Assembly (NCBI GenBank): GCA_043228905.1
Contig: JBHGNT010000017.1
Span: 1,922,001 to 1,986,000 of the forward strand
Origin: Azolla caroliniana
Taxonomy: Eukaryota; Plantae; Polypodiophyta
Reading direction: 5' to 3'
Length of the DNA: 64,000 nucleotides
A program made the position numbers and the translations under genes. Position 1 is the stretch's first letter. Every line of letters begins with the position of its first letter. This document shows positions 37,359 to 47,614 of the stretch, in pieces. Below the pieces are notes generated by a model. The model saw only the letters and a list, made by a program, of their open reading frames with translations, had not been told where the DNA came from and searched no databases.

Positions 37359-40199
37359 TCATTGTTCACCCAAATTGTCCAAAATACTTTGTTCCAGAGT
37401 TTCCAATTGTTCTTCCGGTTGTGGTTGTTGCGGCTGTGCTTGCTGCTGCTGCTGTGGTTGCGGTTGGGACTGAGACTGCTCCGGCTGCTCTATAGGCGGC
37501 TGCTCCGTTTGTTTCTCTGACTCCGGCATCCCCGTTTGACTGCTTCCGGTCCGGTCTCCTTCCAGTAACGGTTCCTCATCACTGAGGTTGACCGTTACTG
37601 GTTCTCGTGCTTTCTCTTCCCGGATCCGGGACCTCTCGTAGCTTTCAAACTGGATCTGCGCCTCCAGCCTGTCGTCGTCCAGCTGAGCTACAAGTTGCCG
37701 GACTTGCCCTAGTTGGTCCTCTGCCAAGGCTTGAAAGTCTTCGGCCATCTCATCTCTTATGCCGGTGAAGTCTTCGGAAGTCAGCATATAGCAATCATCT
37801 CCCTCCTTCCGCCGGTTCTCTACGTCGGCCCGGAGCAATTGGAGTTCCGCCGCGTTCGGGGCCCACTTGGTCCACCATTTGACGGAACCGTTGTCAATCA
37901 AGCTCTTGGTCTGGTTCAACCAGGCCCGCATGATATCCTGGATGCGACTTGCTCCCATTTGCGCTCTACTTTCCACAACTTGTCGTTCCTCCTTCAACTG
38001 CTTGATGAGATTAGCCGTATCCTCCGCCTGCTCTCTGTAGCGCGTCAGCTGCCCTTGATATGTTGTCTGCAGCCTCTGCAGTACCTCCGCCGCTCTTTCT
38101 CTTTCCGCCTGCTGTTGCCTGAGGAGCTCTGTCCGAACCTTCTCCGCCTCTTCCAACCGTCTTCTGGTTTCCGCTTGTTCATTAGCGTATGCCGTTGCGG
38201 TCCGATCAACTGCTTGCCGGAGCTCATCCGTCCGTTCCTTGTGCTCCGTTTGCAACCGTTTATACTCCCGGTGCAAGTGCTCAAATTCCTCCGTTTTTTG
38301 TTTGAGCTTGCCGTTGATCTGGCGATGGTTCCGGTCCTCCCGGTCCTTTAGCTGCCGGAGTTCCTCTTTCAGGCGCTCTACTTCTGTTTCGGCGTTTCTC
38401 CGGAGCCTGTCCTTCTCTTGCAGCATTTTCTCCTTTTCCTCCTTGAGCCGGTCGTACGCTTGGTGGCCTTTTCGTAAGCTCTCCTCGGCCCGGCGTAGAT
38501 TCTCAGCAGTCTTTTTGAGTTCTGCCTCCGCTGCCGTCTTCAACTCTCTTTCGCGGCTCCTCAGCGCTTCTTGGGCAGCTAGCTCATCCTTTAAGTCCGC
38601 AAGCTCTTGGGCTTGTGCCGCATTTCTCTCCGAAACGGTTTCTGTTGCCGGGGTCTGATTGCTATGTACAGGTTGATCTGACGCTTTATTCTGTACATTG
38701 CCCGGAGTCACCGGTGCTTGGACTTGTGTTGTCAAAGCCAATTGAGCCATTTCCCTTGTGACCCTGTCCAAGTCTTGTTCAAGGCTCCGGATTCTGGACC
38801 GGGCCGTCTCTAGATCTACGGTTGTGACGAGCAACCGTTCGTGGTGCGCTCTCTCCTCCGCCTCTATGTACTCGACCGCTCCGACGATCTGCTCGCCTAC
38901 CCACCGTAGCCACATGCTACTGGTGCCTTGCTGCTGTACTGGTCGGGTCGGCTCATTCACTGTGGAATTGTCTGGCCTGAGTGCCTGTATCTGCCGTTCT
39001 GGTTCTACTCCTTGGCTGTTGTGTGTGCTGGCTGGGCTCGCCGGCTGTTGAGTTCCGGTTCTCGCCGTCTCCGGAGCCGTTGGAATGACTTCTTGTATAG
39101 AAGTCGACAAGGCTGGTTCTATACGCACCGGTTCCGGTTCCTCCCTTGTGGTTTGCTCAGGTTGAGTTGGGGGCGTTTCTTCCTTTTGCAGGTCCGAACG
39201 CTCCCCCACTGTCCCGGCGGTCCTACTTCTTGACCGTCGTTGGAGGTGCTCTACTGGCTCCTCCGTTTCCTCTTCCTGGGTAACGGCATGTATCTGTGCC
39301 GTCAAGGGTTCCGGTTCCTTCTGTCCCGGTCGCCGTATGGTTATCTTAACGGGTCGGACCGGTGACACCTCCTCCGGTTCTGGGAGCCGTTTCTTCCCTT
39401 TCGTTGCCTTCGACGCCAGCAGCTGCTGTCGTTTGGACGCGGGTTTCGAGGTGCTTCCTTCCGATAATCTTGGCCGCTTCTTTGGCTGGATGGTCTCGAC
39501 CGGCGGCACGAGCAATGTTATCCACTGAGCTACGGCATGCCACAGCTTCCGGCCCTCCTTGCCGTCCTTTCCTCGTACCGTGTCGATTGCCGCGCACAAA
39601 CCGTCTGCAATCAACACCGGCCAATCCACCTTGATCCCTTCATAGGTGGCTATGATCATCCCTGCCCGATTTTTTGGCATGACAGGGGGTCGGGGGTACA
39701 CGTGGCCGTACTCATGGAGCACTCGAGCTATCTCCCTGAATAGCGGATCTTTGCCGCCCTGCGTTCGATAGCCTTTGCCGGCTAGAGAGTACTCACCGAA
39801 ATATCGGATGAGTTGCTCCGAGGTTGGGTTATCGATCTGAAAAATACCTCCCTCCGGAAGGCCTGTTAGCGCACGGATCGCTTCCTCAGTGATGACTTCT
39901 GTGTCGAGCTCCTTGATGACCCGGTCGGCTTCTTTGTGCGGTGGTGCCTCCATGATGGTCAAGAACCCATCCAGTCCGTGTTGCCTGAGCCATTTCCTGG
40001 CCGCTTCCGACAGCGTTTGTGGGTCCATGTCTGCTTCGAGGTCGAGGAAAGATGGCGAGGTAGAGTGGTGATGAGAGTGAGAACGAGAGAGAGAGAGTTC
40101 CGAACGTGGGGGTTCTCTGAGTGCAGGTTCGTGTTTGCTAAGCTTCCACTGCCTTGGTGCTTCTGTGCTTCTTGGCTCGCGAAATGAAAAGGTCTCCAT
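37359..40199 (-). CDS. 946-aa additional ORF (env position), coiled-coil-rich, function unknown
   Basis: Uninterrupted ORF between pol and the 3' LTR, same sense as pol; long E/K/R/Q heptad region. Confidence 0.85.
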   Translation of the reverse strand: METFSFREPRSTEAPRQWKLSKHEPALREPPRSELSLSRSHSHHHSTSPSFLDLEADMDPQTLSEAARKWLRQHGLDGFLTIMEAPPHKEADRVIKELDTEVITEEAIRALTGLPEGGIFQIDNPTSEQLIRYFGEYSLAGKGYRTQGGKDPLFREIARVLHEYGHVYPRPPVMPKNRAGMIIATYEGIKVDWPVLIADGLCAAIDTVRGKDGKEGRKLWHAVAQWITLLVPPVETIQPKKRPRLSEGSTSKPASKRQQLLASKATKGKKRLPEPEEVSPVRPVKITIRRPGQKEPEPLTAQIHAVTQEEETEEPVEHLQRRSRSRTAGTVGERSDLQKEETPPTQPEQTTREEPEPVRIEPALSTSIQEVIPTAPETARTGTQQPASPASTHNSQGVEPERQIQALRPDNSTVNEPTRPVQQQGTSSMWLRWVGEQIVGAVEYIEAEERAHHERLLVTTVDLETARSRIRSLEQDLDRVTREMAQLALTTQVQAPVTPGNVQNKASDQPVHSNQTPATETVSERNAAQAQELADLKDELAAQEALRSRERELKTAAEAELKKTAENLRRAEESLRKGHQAYDRLKEEKEKMLQEKDRLRRNAETEVERLKEELRQLKDREDRNHRQINGKLKQKTEEFEHLHREYKRLQTEHKERTDELRQAVDRTATAYANEQAETRRRLEEAEKVRTELLRQQQAERERAAEVLQRLQTTYQGQLTRYREQAEDTANLIKQLKEERQVVESRAQMGASRIQDIMRAWLNQTKSLIDNGSVKWWTKWAPNAAELQLLRADVENRRKEGDDCYMLTSEDFTGIRDEMAEDFQALAEDQLGQVRQLVAQLDDDRLEAQIQFESYERSRIREEKAREPVTVNLSDEEPLLEGDRTGSSQTGMPESEKQTEQPPIEQPEQSQSQPQPQQQQQAQPQQPQPEEQLETLEQSILDNLGEQ

Positions 40200-41065
40200 G
40201 CGTTCTGCTTTTTTCTCTGTGCGTCTTGGCGCTTTTTTCGAGCATGCGCACGTCGTGTACCAATTTAGTATTAAGTAATGTGGCGGCTCTTAGATGCCCA
40301 CTACGTTGTCGTGAAGAAAACCGCCCACAAGAGGAATCGGAGGAACAAGGCGTGGGAAACGGCTCTACACACACGCGCGCGCCAAGAAGTACCTAAGGAC
40401 GAAGTAGGTACATACGAGGATCCTAGGTGGGTAGATTCGGTTGGTATGCAGTTAATGCCAAACGGCCTCTTGACGGGCTATAAAAGGAAGAGGAAGAATA
40501 GAAGAAAAACATCTCCCGCGGAGAGGACGAAGTGCTGCCGAACCGATTTCGGAGCTTCTCTCTCACTCCTGCTCTCTCTGTCTTCTGCTCCATCGCGTAC
40601 CTGTGCAGGTTTCGAGGAGGCTTGCGCTGTTCCGTGGACGCCCCGAGTGCGTCCTGCAGCACCTCCGACCTGTTTTCCCTTTCTGTGCGTCGCGACATAC
40701 AGGGGTCGGCAGCTGTTCGCCGCCCTGTTCGTTTTCGTTAATATCTATTTTGTGCCCCACCGTGGGTTGTAATACTTTAGTCTGTTATTTTCTTGCATTC
40801 ATAAGTACTTATCTCTCGTTGTTGCGTCCATCTGTGTCGGCGTTTATTTGTGATCTCTGTTTGTTGGGCCGTGTCCCTGTGCAATCGTCGGTTCTGCGCA
40901 ATCGGATCTTCGGTTCTGTGTAATCGGGTCTCTCTCTCTTACTCCTCTCTCTCTTGCTCTTCGGTTCGAGACCCCCGTGGTCCCTCCTCCTTTCTACACG
41001 CAAGGGCGTAGCAACCCCGACATCTTGGTGAACCCGACGTGAAAGAGGCGGCAGAAGAGTGGGAA

Positions 41066-43192
41066 ATGAAGGGGGCGGATCTTGCAGAGGCCATGGCTTC
41101 GGCCGTGGATCGGATAGTAAGCGCGCGCGAGGGCACCGACGCCCTCGATAGAGCTATTGAGGCGGTCGTCGGAACGATCGGTCGATTCACCGGAAAAGAT
41201 GCCACGAAGTACCTGGCGTCCTACGGTGCGGAAATGTTAATGCGGGACATTCCGGAAGACAGGCGTCTTGCCGGTTTTCCCCGAGTGGCGATGCCGAGCA
41301 TCCACGCGGAGGTGCTCGAGGTGCGGGCGGAGAGCCGTACCTGGGAGGAGTTCGAAGGTCGGCTCCTGGAAAAATACGGACTGGACGACGCGCTCCGGCT
41401 TTCGAAGCGAAGCTTCATGGAGTGGGTGGAGTCTCCCGGGAAGGGAAGGAATGCGTCGGCACTCCTCCGGGAGTTCGAGGAGAACTTCGCGCGCCTTTCG
41501 GCGCTTGACAGGATGGTCCTGGATACAAGCCGGGTCCTGCTGTTCGTCAAATCGGTTGACGAGAGAGATCGGAGTCACGTGGGCGCCCTGCTAGAAACCG
41601 AAGACGGGCTGACAGCCGACTGGGCGGCGGTCAGGAGAGCCTGCGGCCGTTTCGACAAACGGCGAGAATGGGAGGATGACAGAGCAACCGGGTCGGGCTC
41701 AGTCGCGGCGAGGAAACTCGAGCCGGCGCAGCCGGTGCGAAGGGAAGAGACTCGGGAGTGGCTGGAATCCGGTTCAGCTCCGACCGGCGTGATCAGAGGC
41801 CCGACTGGAGGAGCTGCGTTGGAAGAACTGACGAGGGCGATAAAAGACCTCCAAATCGCACAAGCCCGCAGAGAAGGCGGAGGACCTGCTCGTGACCGAC
41901 GGCCGGCGGCAGGGAACAGGTGCATGTGGTGCGACGGGGTCGGCCACATCCGAAAAGACTGCGGCGATTTCGCAGAGGCGCTGAGGAACCGGGTGGTGTA
42001 CCTATGGGAAGGCCGGGTTCACGCCAACGACACGAGAAGGGCCCTAAACCGAAACGACGGGCGAGGCGGAATGAAGAGGTTGATGGAAGAGGCGGCGGCC
42101 CGACATGCGGAAACCGTCCACTACTCGGCGTCGGCCGGTATTCGAGTCGGGGGCGGCGAGGCCCGGAAGGAAAGCAAAGCCGGATTCTGGCCGACGATGC
42201 TGGAAGGCCTTGCCGGTGCAGGGCTTAAAAGGGAGGAATCGGACCGTGCGGAGAAACGGGTACGGGAGATGACCGGGTGGAGCGACCCGGTCGAGGAAAA
42301 GACGGGCTTCGTGGAAGCCGCTTGCCGGAACTACGAGGCTCTGGTAGAAGAGAAGCGGGTGGGGAAACCCGGGACGACCGGGCCCTCACAACGATACGAG
42401 ACCCGGTCCGGGCCACGACGGGACGAAGCCGGCGGGGCCGGTACGCAAGATAAACCCCAGAAGGGCGGGTACCGTCTGGGGACGGAGATAGAAAGAACCA
42501 CGGACTTACGAAAGGTCCTGGAGGAACGGATCCTCGACAGCAAGGTGGAGCTGTCGCTACGGGAGGTGCTGGGAATCGCCAAGAAGGAGTTCCACGACTC
42601 CATCGTGGACTTGGTGAAACGGAAGAGGCTGTCAACGGAGACAGAACCGGAAAGACCGGTGGAAGTGCGGACGACGCACCTAGACGACATGGCGCTGAAA
42701 GACGAGTGGGCGGAGAGCCACTATTCGCGGCCACACTGGGCCCGAGCGACCACGGAAACCCCGGTAAAGATCGGCGATGTCCAGGAACCGGTAGTAGCTT
42801 TGGTGGACCACGGATCGGAAATCAACCTGATGTCCATGGACTTCTATAAGAAGGGCAAATGGCCGATCAACACCAAGCACGGGTGGAAGATAAGGGCGGC
42901 GACGCGCGCCACTGAGGAACTTCACGGGGCCTGCCCGAATGTACGGGTCAAGATCGGCGATGTCGAGATAGACCAGCACTTCTTCGTGCAGGAGTCGTCA
43001 TCGCACCCCGTCATACTGGGAGAGCCGTACATCACGGCGGCTCGAATGGAGACCAAGGTGCTGGACAACGGTTCGGCCTATGCGCGGGTCAAGAGCCAGG
43101 ACGGGCGCCATTCGGTCCAGTTTTTGACGGTTAGGCCGAACCACGAGCGTAACCGCGACTCCCTCGGTTCCGATAACCGAGAGGATTTTTAG
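41066..43192 (+). CDS. gag: Gag-protease polyprotein
   Basis: Zn knuckle CMWCDGVGHIRKDC; protease LVDHGSEIN; first ATG 41066. Confidence 0.9.
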   Translation: MKGADLAEAMASAVDRIVSAREGTDALDRAIEAVVGTIGRFTGKDATKYLASYGAEMLMRDIPEDRRLAGFPRVAMPSIHAEVLEVRAESRTWEEFEGRLLEKYGLDDALRLSKRSFMEWVESPGKGRNASALLREFEENFARLSALDRMVLDTSRVLLFVKSVDERDRSHVGALLETEDGLTADWAAVRRACGRFDKRREWEDDRATGSGSVAARKLEPAQPVRREETREWLESGSAPTGVIRGPTGGAALEELTRAIKDLQIAQARREGGGPARDRRPAAGNRCMWCDGVGHIRKDCGDFAEALRNRVVYLWEGRVHANDTRRALNRNDGRGGMKRLMEEAAARHAETVHYSASAGIRVGGGEARKESKAGFWPTMLEGLAGAGLKREESDRAEKRVREMTGWSDPVEEKTGFVEAACRNYEALVEEKRVGKPGTTGPSQRYETRSGPRRDEAGGAGTQDKPQKGGYRLGTEIERTTDLRKVLEERILDSKVELSLREVLGIAKKEFHDSIVDLVKRKRLSTETEPERPVEVRTTHLDDMALKDEWAESHYSRPHWARATTETPVKIGDVQEPVVALVDHGSEINLMSMDFYKKGKWPINTKHGWKIRAATRATEELHGACPNVRVKIGDVEIDQHFFVQESSSHPVILGEPYITAARMETKVLDNGSAYARVKSQDGRHSVQFLTVRPNHERNRDSLGSDNREDF

Positions 43193-46100
43193 AGAGGGCT
43201 GCCAAGGCGTGGGGCCGCGACAGTCCGGACACCCCGGGAAAACCCCACACCTGTACGATAAAACCGAAGAAACCTTGTACAATAGGTAGGGAATTTTTGT
43301 TCTCCGACAGCGGAGCGTGTACGATGGTCGGCATCGGCGGCCGAGAGAAGACAAAGGCGGAGGGGAGACTTCGAGCGTGCGGAGTTCTCGGCCCGGACGA
43401 GGAAATCGACGGAGCCGTGGAGGCGGTCTCATTCGACGACACCTTGGGAATGCTGGGAAAGGTAGTCGAAGAAGGCCTTAACGAAGACCGGACGATACCG
43501 GTGTGTTCCGAGGAGATGTACGAAGTCATCGCGGACTTCGGTCGAGGGCTCGAGTCAGTTCGGACGGCCCACGTAAGCACCAAGTACAAGACTGTGGACC
43601 GGAAGGTAAGGCCAGTCGCGGCACCCTTACCGGAGGACAGCGCGTCGAGAATCAAAGGGGTTGCATCGGACCCTAGTCTACGAGATCCGGCCTGCATAGG
43701 GCACACCTTCACCGACGAGACGCTCCGAGAGCTCAGAATCGGTGGGGGCGGGTTCCTACTACCGGCGGAGGAAGACCGGTTTCGGAGAATGCTCGGAAGG
43801 CGCGGGAAGGCCTTCGCATTCTCGCCGGAGGAAATCGGGTGCGTTGACCCGACGATCGTGGAGCCGATGGTGATATTCACGGTACCGCATGTACCATGGA
43901 ATCTCAAGCCAATCCCGGTTCCGAGAGCTCACATCCCGAAGTTGATGGAGCTGCTGAGGCAGAAAGTTGATATGGGAATTCTCGAGCCGTCGAGCGCCCC
44001 ATATTCGAATCGATGGTTTACCGTACCGAAGAAAAACGGTTCGTTGCGCTTCATCCAGGACCTGCAGCCGGTCAATCGAGTGACCATTCGGAACGCAGGG
44101 ATCGGACCGACCATAGACGAGTTCGCGGAGGCCTTCGCCGGAAGGTCAATTTACTCGGTCGGGGATCTATACTCAGGGTACGACCAGTTCCAGCTAGCCG
44201 TGGAGAGCAGAGACATTACGACGATGCAAACTCCCCTCGGCCTAGTTCGGATGTGTACACTGCCGCAAGGAGGGACCAACTCGGTGGCCCACATGGTGAA
44301 TGCGATGAACAAGGTTCTGAGGGACTGTATCCCGGACATCACCATGCCGTTTCTGGACGACATCCCGATCAAGGGATGCCCGGTGGAAGAAAAGGACGAG
44401 ACGATCGGGCCGGACGGATGCCGGCGATTCGTGGCGACGCACATCGACGACTGCGAGAAGGTGCTGCAAAGGCTAGAGGATGCGAGACTCACCTTCTCCG
44501 GGGAGAAGTTGGCCTTCGGGCAGTCAGAAATCATGGTGGTCGGACACCTGTGCGGACCATATGGCCGGAAACCGTCTCCGGCAAAGGTAGAAGCCATCTC
44601 CGCGATGAAGCCCGACTGCAGCTCGGTCACGGAAGTACGGAGATTCCTGGGGGCATGCGCGTTCTACCACATATGGATCCCGCATTACGCACACCTCGCG
44701 GAGCCACTGTACGGGTTGCTGAAAAAGGGGCGAAGGTTCGAATGGCTAGACGAGCACGCGGCATCGGTCCGGAAGCTGAAAGAGGCCCTTGCAGCGGCAC
44801 CGGCACTCCGGAAGGCGGTATACGGGAAGGGTACCCCGGTATTCATAACGGTGGATACCAGTCCGACCGGGATCGGATGGGTCGTGAACCAGGAAGACGA
44901 GGACGGCAATCGGTTTCCGATCCGATTCGGCGCGAAAGTCCTCAGTGAACGGCAGCGAGGATACGCCCAGGTTAAACGCGAACTCTGGGGTATTGTTTCG
45001 GCGGTTAAGGCCGACAAAGACTACCTGATAGGGACGGAAGTGATCATCGAGACGGATTGCCTGCCGATTCTCGGTATGGTTTCCGGATGCGCGACTCCGG
45101 ACCTGGCGATGCTCAGGTGGATAGCGTACATCAAGTCCCTGGACCCGGAAATACGACACATTTCCGGGAAAGACAACGCCATGGCCGACATGCTTTCGAG
45201 GGCGAGGTTCGACGACGAGGGCGGCATGGTTTCGGAAGACGAAGAAGTCGGCGTGGATTTCTTCGAGGCGGCATACATAACGACCGACGGGATGAGCACT
45301 CCGGCGCTTAACGAGTTCGACGCGAGCAAGTACGACGGGGAGTGGCTGCAGATCGGCGGGTTTTTAAAGACAATGACGCCCGATGCGTCATGGACGAAGG
45401 ACGAGGCCAACCGGATCCGGAAGAAAGCATATCGATTCCTTCTCCGAGATGGGCATTTGTGGAAGCACCCGAAGAAGAGGAACGGCGTCCCGCTCCGGGT
45501 GGTGGCGATGAAGGAAGAACAGGAGGAGCTACTAGCGGCCTACCACGACAGCCCTTGGGCTGGACACCGTGGAACGTGGGCGACGTTTGAGAAGCTGAAG
45601 GGGAAGTACTGGTGGCCGGGATTGTACCGGGACGTGCATCGGTTCGTGTCAACTTGCGAGAGTTGTCAGATGCACTCGATAGTCCGACACCGGGACGGGC
45701 TTCACCCTACGTACCCTCCGACTATCCACTTCAAATGGATGGTAGATCTGGTGACGATGCCGATGGGGGTAGGACAGATGCGGTATCTGGTCCTAGCGCG
45801 GGAAGACCTGACGAACCAGGTGGAAGGCCGAGCCCTTCAGAACAAGACGACCGCGGCCGTGTGTCGGTTCCTGATCGAGGACGTGATATGCCGGTACGGG
45901 TGCGTCGGGAAGATCGTGGCTGACCGAGGGGAGTTGGACGCCGAGGAAGCCGCGGAGCTGTTCGATCGGCTGGGAGTCAAACTCTCGCTCACCACTGCGT
46001 ACAACCCGGAGGCGAATGGAAAGGTGGAGCGCGGACACGGGCCGATCGTCAAGGCGCTGGTTCGGGCATGCGGAGGCCAAGTCGGTAACTGGCCGCGACT

Positions 46101-46680
46101 TCTACCTTATGCTTTGTGGGCAGACCGGACCACGCACAGTTCGGTAACCGGGTACATGCCGACGGAGCTCATGTTCGGCCAGAAGCCGATCATGCCGATT
46201 GAACGGACGATCTCCTCGTGGGCAACGGTCGACTGGAGGGACGAGATGAGCCGGGAGGAGTTGTTGGCCGCACGTATACGACAGCTCGAGCGGAGACCGG
46301 AGGACGTGGCACTGGCTACGGAGAAGCTCCGGGTGGCGAGGACAAAGAACAAAGCCCGGTTCGACCGAACGCACCGGGTACGACCGAAGAAAATCGACGA
46401 AGGTGACTGGGTGCTCGTCTACGACAGCAGCCTCGACAACCAGCACCGAGCAACGCGGAAGTTCGCACGGAGATGGTTCGGGCCGTACACGGTACAGAGC
46501 GCCAACGACAACGGGACGTATCATCTGGCGGAGCTCGACGGTACGAGAATAGCGATACCCGTGGCCGGGAAGAGGATCAAAGCTTTCAAGAAGCGGCACG
46601 ACGACGAACCCGACCCGATTCTCCTGGACAGCAGCGACGACCGATCCGAGGCCGAGGAAGGGCCGGCAGGCGAAGAGTAG
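43183..46680 (+). CDS. pol: Pol (RT-RNase H-integrase) in the -1 frame relative to gag
   Basis: RT FLDD, RNase H VDTS...ETD, INT H-H-C-C plus DDE, GPY; frame open from 43183. Confidence 0.92.
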   Translation, partial: GFLERAAKAWGRDSPDTPGKPHTCTIKPKKPCTIGREFLFSDSGACTMVGIGGREKTKAEGRLRACGVLGPDEEIDGAVEAVSFDDTLGMLGKVVEEGLNEDRTIPVCSEEMYEVIADFGRGLESVRTAHVSTKYKTVDRKVRPVAAPLPEDSASRIKGVASDPSLRDPACIGHTFTDETLRELRIGGGGFLLPAEEDRFRRMLGRRGKAFAFSPEEIGCVDPTIVEPMVIFTVPHVPWNLKPIPVPRAHIPKLMELLRQKVDMGILEPSSAPYSNRWFTVPKKNGSLRFIQDLQPVNRVTIRNAGIGPTIDEFAEAFAGRSIYSVGDLYSGYDQFQLAVESRDITTMQTPLGLVRMCTLPQGGTNSVAHMVNAMNKVLRDCIPDITMPFLDDIPIKGCPVEEKDETIGPDGCRRFVATHIDDCEKVLQRLEDARLTFSGEKLAFGQSEIMVVGHLCGPYGRKPSPAKVEAISAMKPDCSSVTEVRRFLGACAFYHIWIPHYAHLAEPLYGLLKKGRRFEWLDEHAASVRKLKEALAAAPALRKAVYGKGTPVFITVDTSPTGIGWVVNQEDEDGNRFPIRFGAKVLSERQRGYAQVKRELWGIVSAVKADKDYLIGTEVIIETDCLPILGMVSGCATPDLAMLRWIAYIKSLDPEIRHISGKDNAMADMLSRARFDDEGGMVSEDEEVGVDFFEAAYITTDGMSTPALNEFDASKYDGEWLQIGGFLKTMTPDASWTKDEANRIRKKAYRFLLRDGHLWKHPKKRNGVPLRVVAMKEEQEELLAAYHDSPWAGHRGTWATFEKLKGKYWWPGLYRDVHRFVSTCESCQMHSIVRHRDGLHPTYPPTIHFKWMVDLVTMPMGVGQMRYLVLAREDLTNQVEGRALQNKTTAAVCRFLIEDVICRYGCVGKIVADRGELDAEEAAELFDRLGVKLSLTTAYNPEANGKVERGHGPIVKALVRACGGQVGNWPRLLPYALWADRTTHSSVTGYMPTELMFGQKPIMPIERTISSWATVDWRDEMSREELLAARIRQLERRPEDVALATEKLRVARTKNKARFDRTHRVRPKKIDEGDWVLVYDSSLDNQHRATRKFARRWFGPYTVQSANDNGTYHLAELDGTRIAIPVAGKRIKAFKKRHDDEPDPILLDSSDDRSEAEEGPAGEE

Positions 46681-47614
46681 AGGCGGGCCGGTTTTCTCCG
46701 TGCCAACTTAATTTGGCGCATGCCGGTGGATGCGCGGTTAGGTGGGGGCGGATGTCGTGAAGAAAACCGCCCACAAGAGGAATCGGAGGAACAAGGCGTG
46801 GGAAACGGCTCTACACACACACGCGCGCCAAGAAGTACCTAAGGACGAAGTAGGTACATACGAGGATCCTAGGTGGGTAGATTCGGTTGGTATGCAGTTA
46901 ATGCCAAACGGCCTCTTGACGGGCTATAAAAGGAAGAGGAAGAATAGAAGAAAAACATCTCCCGCGGAGAGGACGAAGTGCTGCCGAACCGATTTCGGAG
47001 CTTCTCTCTCACTCCTGCTCTCTCTGTCTTCTGCTCCATCGCGTACCTGTGCAGGTTTCGAGGAGGCTTGCGCTGTTCCGTGGACGCCCCGAGTGCGTCC
47101 TGCAGCACCTCCGACCTGTTTTCCCTTTCTGTGCGTCGCGACATACAGGGGTCGGCAGCTGTTCGCCGCCCTGTTCGTTTTCGTTAATATCTATTTTGTG
47201 CCCCACCGTGGGTTGTAATACTTTAGTCTGTTATTTTCTTGCATTCATAAGTACTTATCTCTCGTTGTTGCGTCCATCTGTGTCGGCGTTTATTTGTGAT
47301 CTCTGTTTGTTGGGCCGTGTCCCTGTGCAATCGTCGGTTCTGCGCAATCGGATCTTCGGTTCTGTGTAATCGGGTCTCTCTCTCTTACTCCTCTCTCTCT
47401 TGCTCTTCGGTTCGAGACCCCCGTGGTCCCTCCTCCTTTCTACACGCAAGGGCGTAGCAACCCCGACAACGTACCTTTTCGCTCCTTGCTTTCACGTCCG
47501 TTCATACCTCGATTTTTAATGATTTCTCTTTTTTTATTATTTTTTTTATTTTTTATAAATGACGGTATGTGATCTTACACCTCCGTAGGTCCCTTCGGAC
47601 CCTTACCGTTTTCC

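Larger units (their letters stand above)
40307..47468 (+). mobile_element. Young intact Ty3/Gypsy primed by tRNA-Trp (resembles the fungal Ylt1-type lineage)
   Basis: 716-bp LTRs 40307-41022 and 46753-47468 (1 difference seen); 4-bp TSD ACGT; PBS TGGTGAACCCGACGTGAA; PPT GGTGGGGGCGGA. Confidence 0.96.

Noticed and set aside
37359-40199. True envelope gene or host myosin/SMC-like gene
   Set aside because: No signal peptide or TM segment; lies inside the LTR-bounded element; coiled-coil similarity is non-specific
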